Source: Amphiscolops sp. MND2022 (Eukaryota). Taken from it: 64,000 nt of DNA. The notes below the pieces were generated by a model. It did no database searches and was not told where the DNA came from. It was given only the letters and a program-made list of their open reading frames with translations. Shown here piece by piece: positions 62,004 to 64,000 of the stretch; positions within the stretch are counted from its first letter, which is position 1, and every line of letters begins with the position of its first letter. Both the position numbers and the translations under genes were made by a program. The DNA lies in NCBI GenBank assembly GCA_964187785.1, contig OZ076409.1, positions 8,124,001-8,188,000 of the forward strand. The letters run 5' to 3'.

Positions 62004-63089
62004 ATAATTGTATCGTTCAGCGAAGTGCTGCCAAAGTTGAGGTGGAAATTTCAGATTTTGGCGTTTTGATAAAAATCTTATTGTTTTTGCGTGCAGCCCA
62101 GAACTTAGACGGAACTGTTTTTGTCACCTTTGTTGGCGCCACAGATTAAACTTTTAACTCTCATCTAGTGATATTCAAGAAATTTTCTCTCTGACATACA
62201 CCAGTGCTGGCATCCCTAATACTGCAGCACACAAACCCTATACCCAGCGCTATAATTTGTAGCAAGGGGAATTTCGTTATTCCTCTTCATTAGTGAGAAA
62301 TATTTGATAATTCGAAATAAATTCTTCTATTTTGTACAATTTGTATCGTATTTTTCCAAGAAGTAAAAAGAGAGCGTTTCTTCCCGAAGATTGATTGACC
62401 ACTCGTTATTCCCTTAATATATAGTGAACACCTAGCCCCACAAACCCATCGTGGCGGAATATTGATATAGCGCTTATTTCCTTAAAATTTCGACATTTAT
62501 TGTTGTAAATTTTATATATTTCGTATCGCAGATTTTATGAAATTATTTTAATTCTTTGATCTCATATAAATTATCATATCATGTGCATTCCAACTTCATT
62601 GCTGATAAGAAAGTGCTCGGTGAGACTCCAGTTCGGCGCGAAATTAGTATCTTATCTTAGTGCCAGTTTTGACTAACATTGTCATCAAAGATTGATGACC
62701 CCCACTTTGCCATATTATCATCCTGATTCATAATGACCTTGTGAATTATTTTCATTTATCTAATGCAGGAATGCTTCACTCCCATTACTGATGCTAATTT
62801 ATCCTAACTTTGAACTTTCACAGAATTACGAGTCATGTTCAACCTCTGATACTATTCAACTTTGAAGGTTTTACATTTAAATTCTGGAGAAGAAACAGAT
62901 AGGAAACTTAACGAATATGCGGCATTGAAAATTCTTTCTCTGTCGAATAGTTTGTTCTCATCGAAAATATTGAACTGTTAGCTCAAAGTATTGTAAGCAG
63001 TTAAAATTTGCCAGTGCCTGCGTAAAGCTCAGCTTAGAGCAGATTGTTTCCTCGGACAGATTTGTCTTTGATTTGAGCAGTAGCTACAA

Positions 63090-64000
63090 TTGGTCCGCCG
63101 ACCCGGACACTATTCAATCTGGGTTTTACTAGAAAACTTTTTATGCATTATGACGCAAAAATCAACAACTTTTCTTTTATCATCTGCAGTCACAGATGAT
63201 AGTTGGTACAGAGATTCTTCGAGAGAAAAGGATTTGAAGAAATCGAAAGATTTGATTAAATGGCAAACATTCGTGCATAACTTATTTTCCAATTTGAACG
63301 CTTTGAACACTCTTGCATTAGAAGATGGCTTCACTTTGGAAATGAACGACGGGGAGTTCCTTTGGGTTAATTTGGCTAAACTTCATGAAAGGTATCTCTT
63401 GTGTGCCGACCGAATCACTGATCTCTGCACTTACGGCTGGAATCTTTTGAAAACGAAGCCAGCTTCTCTTCTTAAATCAAAGTCACAACTAATGAAAGAA
63501 GGAGTATCTCATTTTCTGAGCAGATGAATCGAACTCAACAAGTGTGTTGATACAGTTATCGTCAGGCGAGAAGAACTCAAAGATCCAAGCAATGTTCTGC
63601 ACTTTATGAAAGTCACTGATGATGAAAGAAGAACTTCATCTCAAATGGAAACAATTCAGCTACAAATTCAAAATTGCATCAACTCAAATGACAGACCTCA
63701 GAAGGTAAATGCACTCATTGATTCTTGGCTCAAAGAAAGAGATCTGACAATGGCGTGTTCTAAAGAGCAAATGATTCTCCTGGAACCTGTGATGACAGCA
63801 AGGAAGCGCAAGGACCTGCATCATTTTTCTTTGAAAGCAACGAATATCCTTCAATCTTGGCATTCCTACTAGGACGGTGTGGAAGGCAACAGTAAAGCAT
63901 CTCACAGTAAAACAGTACACTTTGTTGATTCTTACCGGCCTTGTTTTGCTGAATCTCTGATGAGCCCTTCGGAGGCAGAAACAACATTGATGATGAGTGT
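63090..64000 (+). pseudogene. Decayed coding frame of unknown identity, possibly retroelement gag N-terminus-like
   Basis: One frame of ~300 codons interrupted only by TGA at 63525 and TAG at 63870, running off the window edge. Confidence 0.3.

Noticed and set aside
63930..63985. Hammerhead-like CTGATGA-GCC..GGC-AGAAAC
   Set aside because: Extra A before GAAA and no credible stem I; lies inside a decayed coding frame

Overview
AT-rich, repeat-rich animal (invertebrate-like) genomic DNA. One host gene is recognisable: a minus-strand CLC-6-type chloride/proton exchanger (CLCN6). I reconstructed 12 phase-compatible coding exons (~407 codons, 53901 down to 244); the gene continues beyond the left edge. 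Its introns hold three LTR retrotransposons. (1) A decayed BEL/Pao element (~2341-10888, minus) with an extra SGNH-hydrolase-like ORF upstream of gag. (2) An 18.4-kb Ty3/Gypsy-type endogenous-virus-like element (11287-29687, minus, ATCC TSD, ~99% identical LTRs) with a ~2,700-codon gag-pro-pol, a Ser/Thr/Pro-rich ORF, a class III (gB/chuvirus-glycoprotein-like) env, ~3.5 kb of unknown accessory ORFs, and five covarying RNA hairpins in its 5' leader. (3) A 6-kb Mag-like Gypsy element (35505-41484, plus) nested in a MITE. The rest contains at least three Helentron-associated (HINE-like) families, several MITEs and tRNA-like SINE remnants. All family assignments come from motif recognition by eye; no searches were run.
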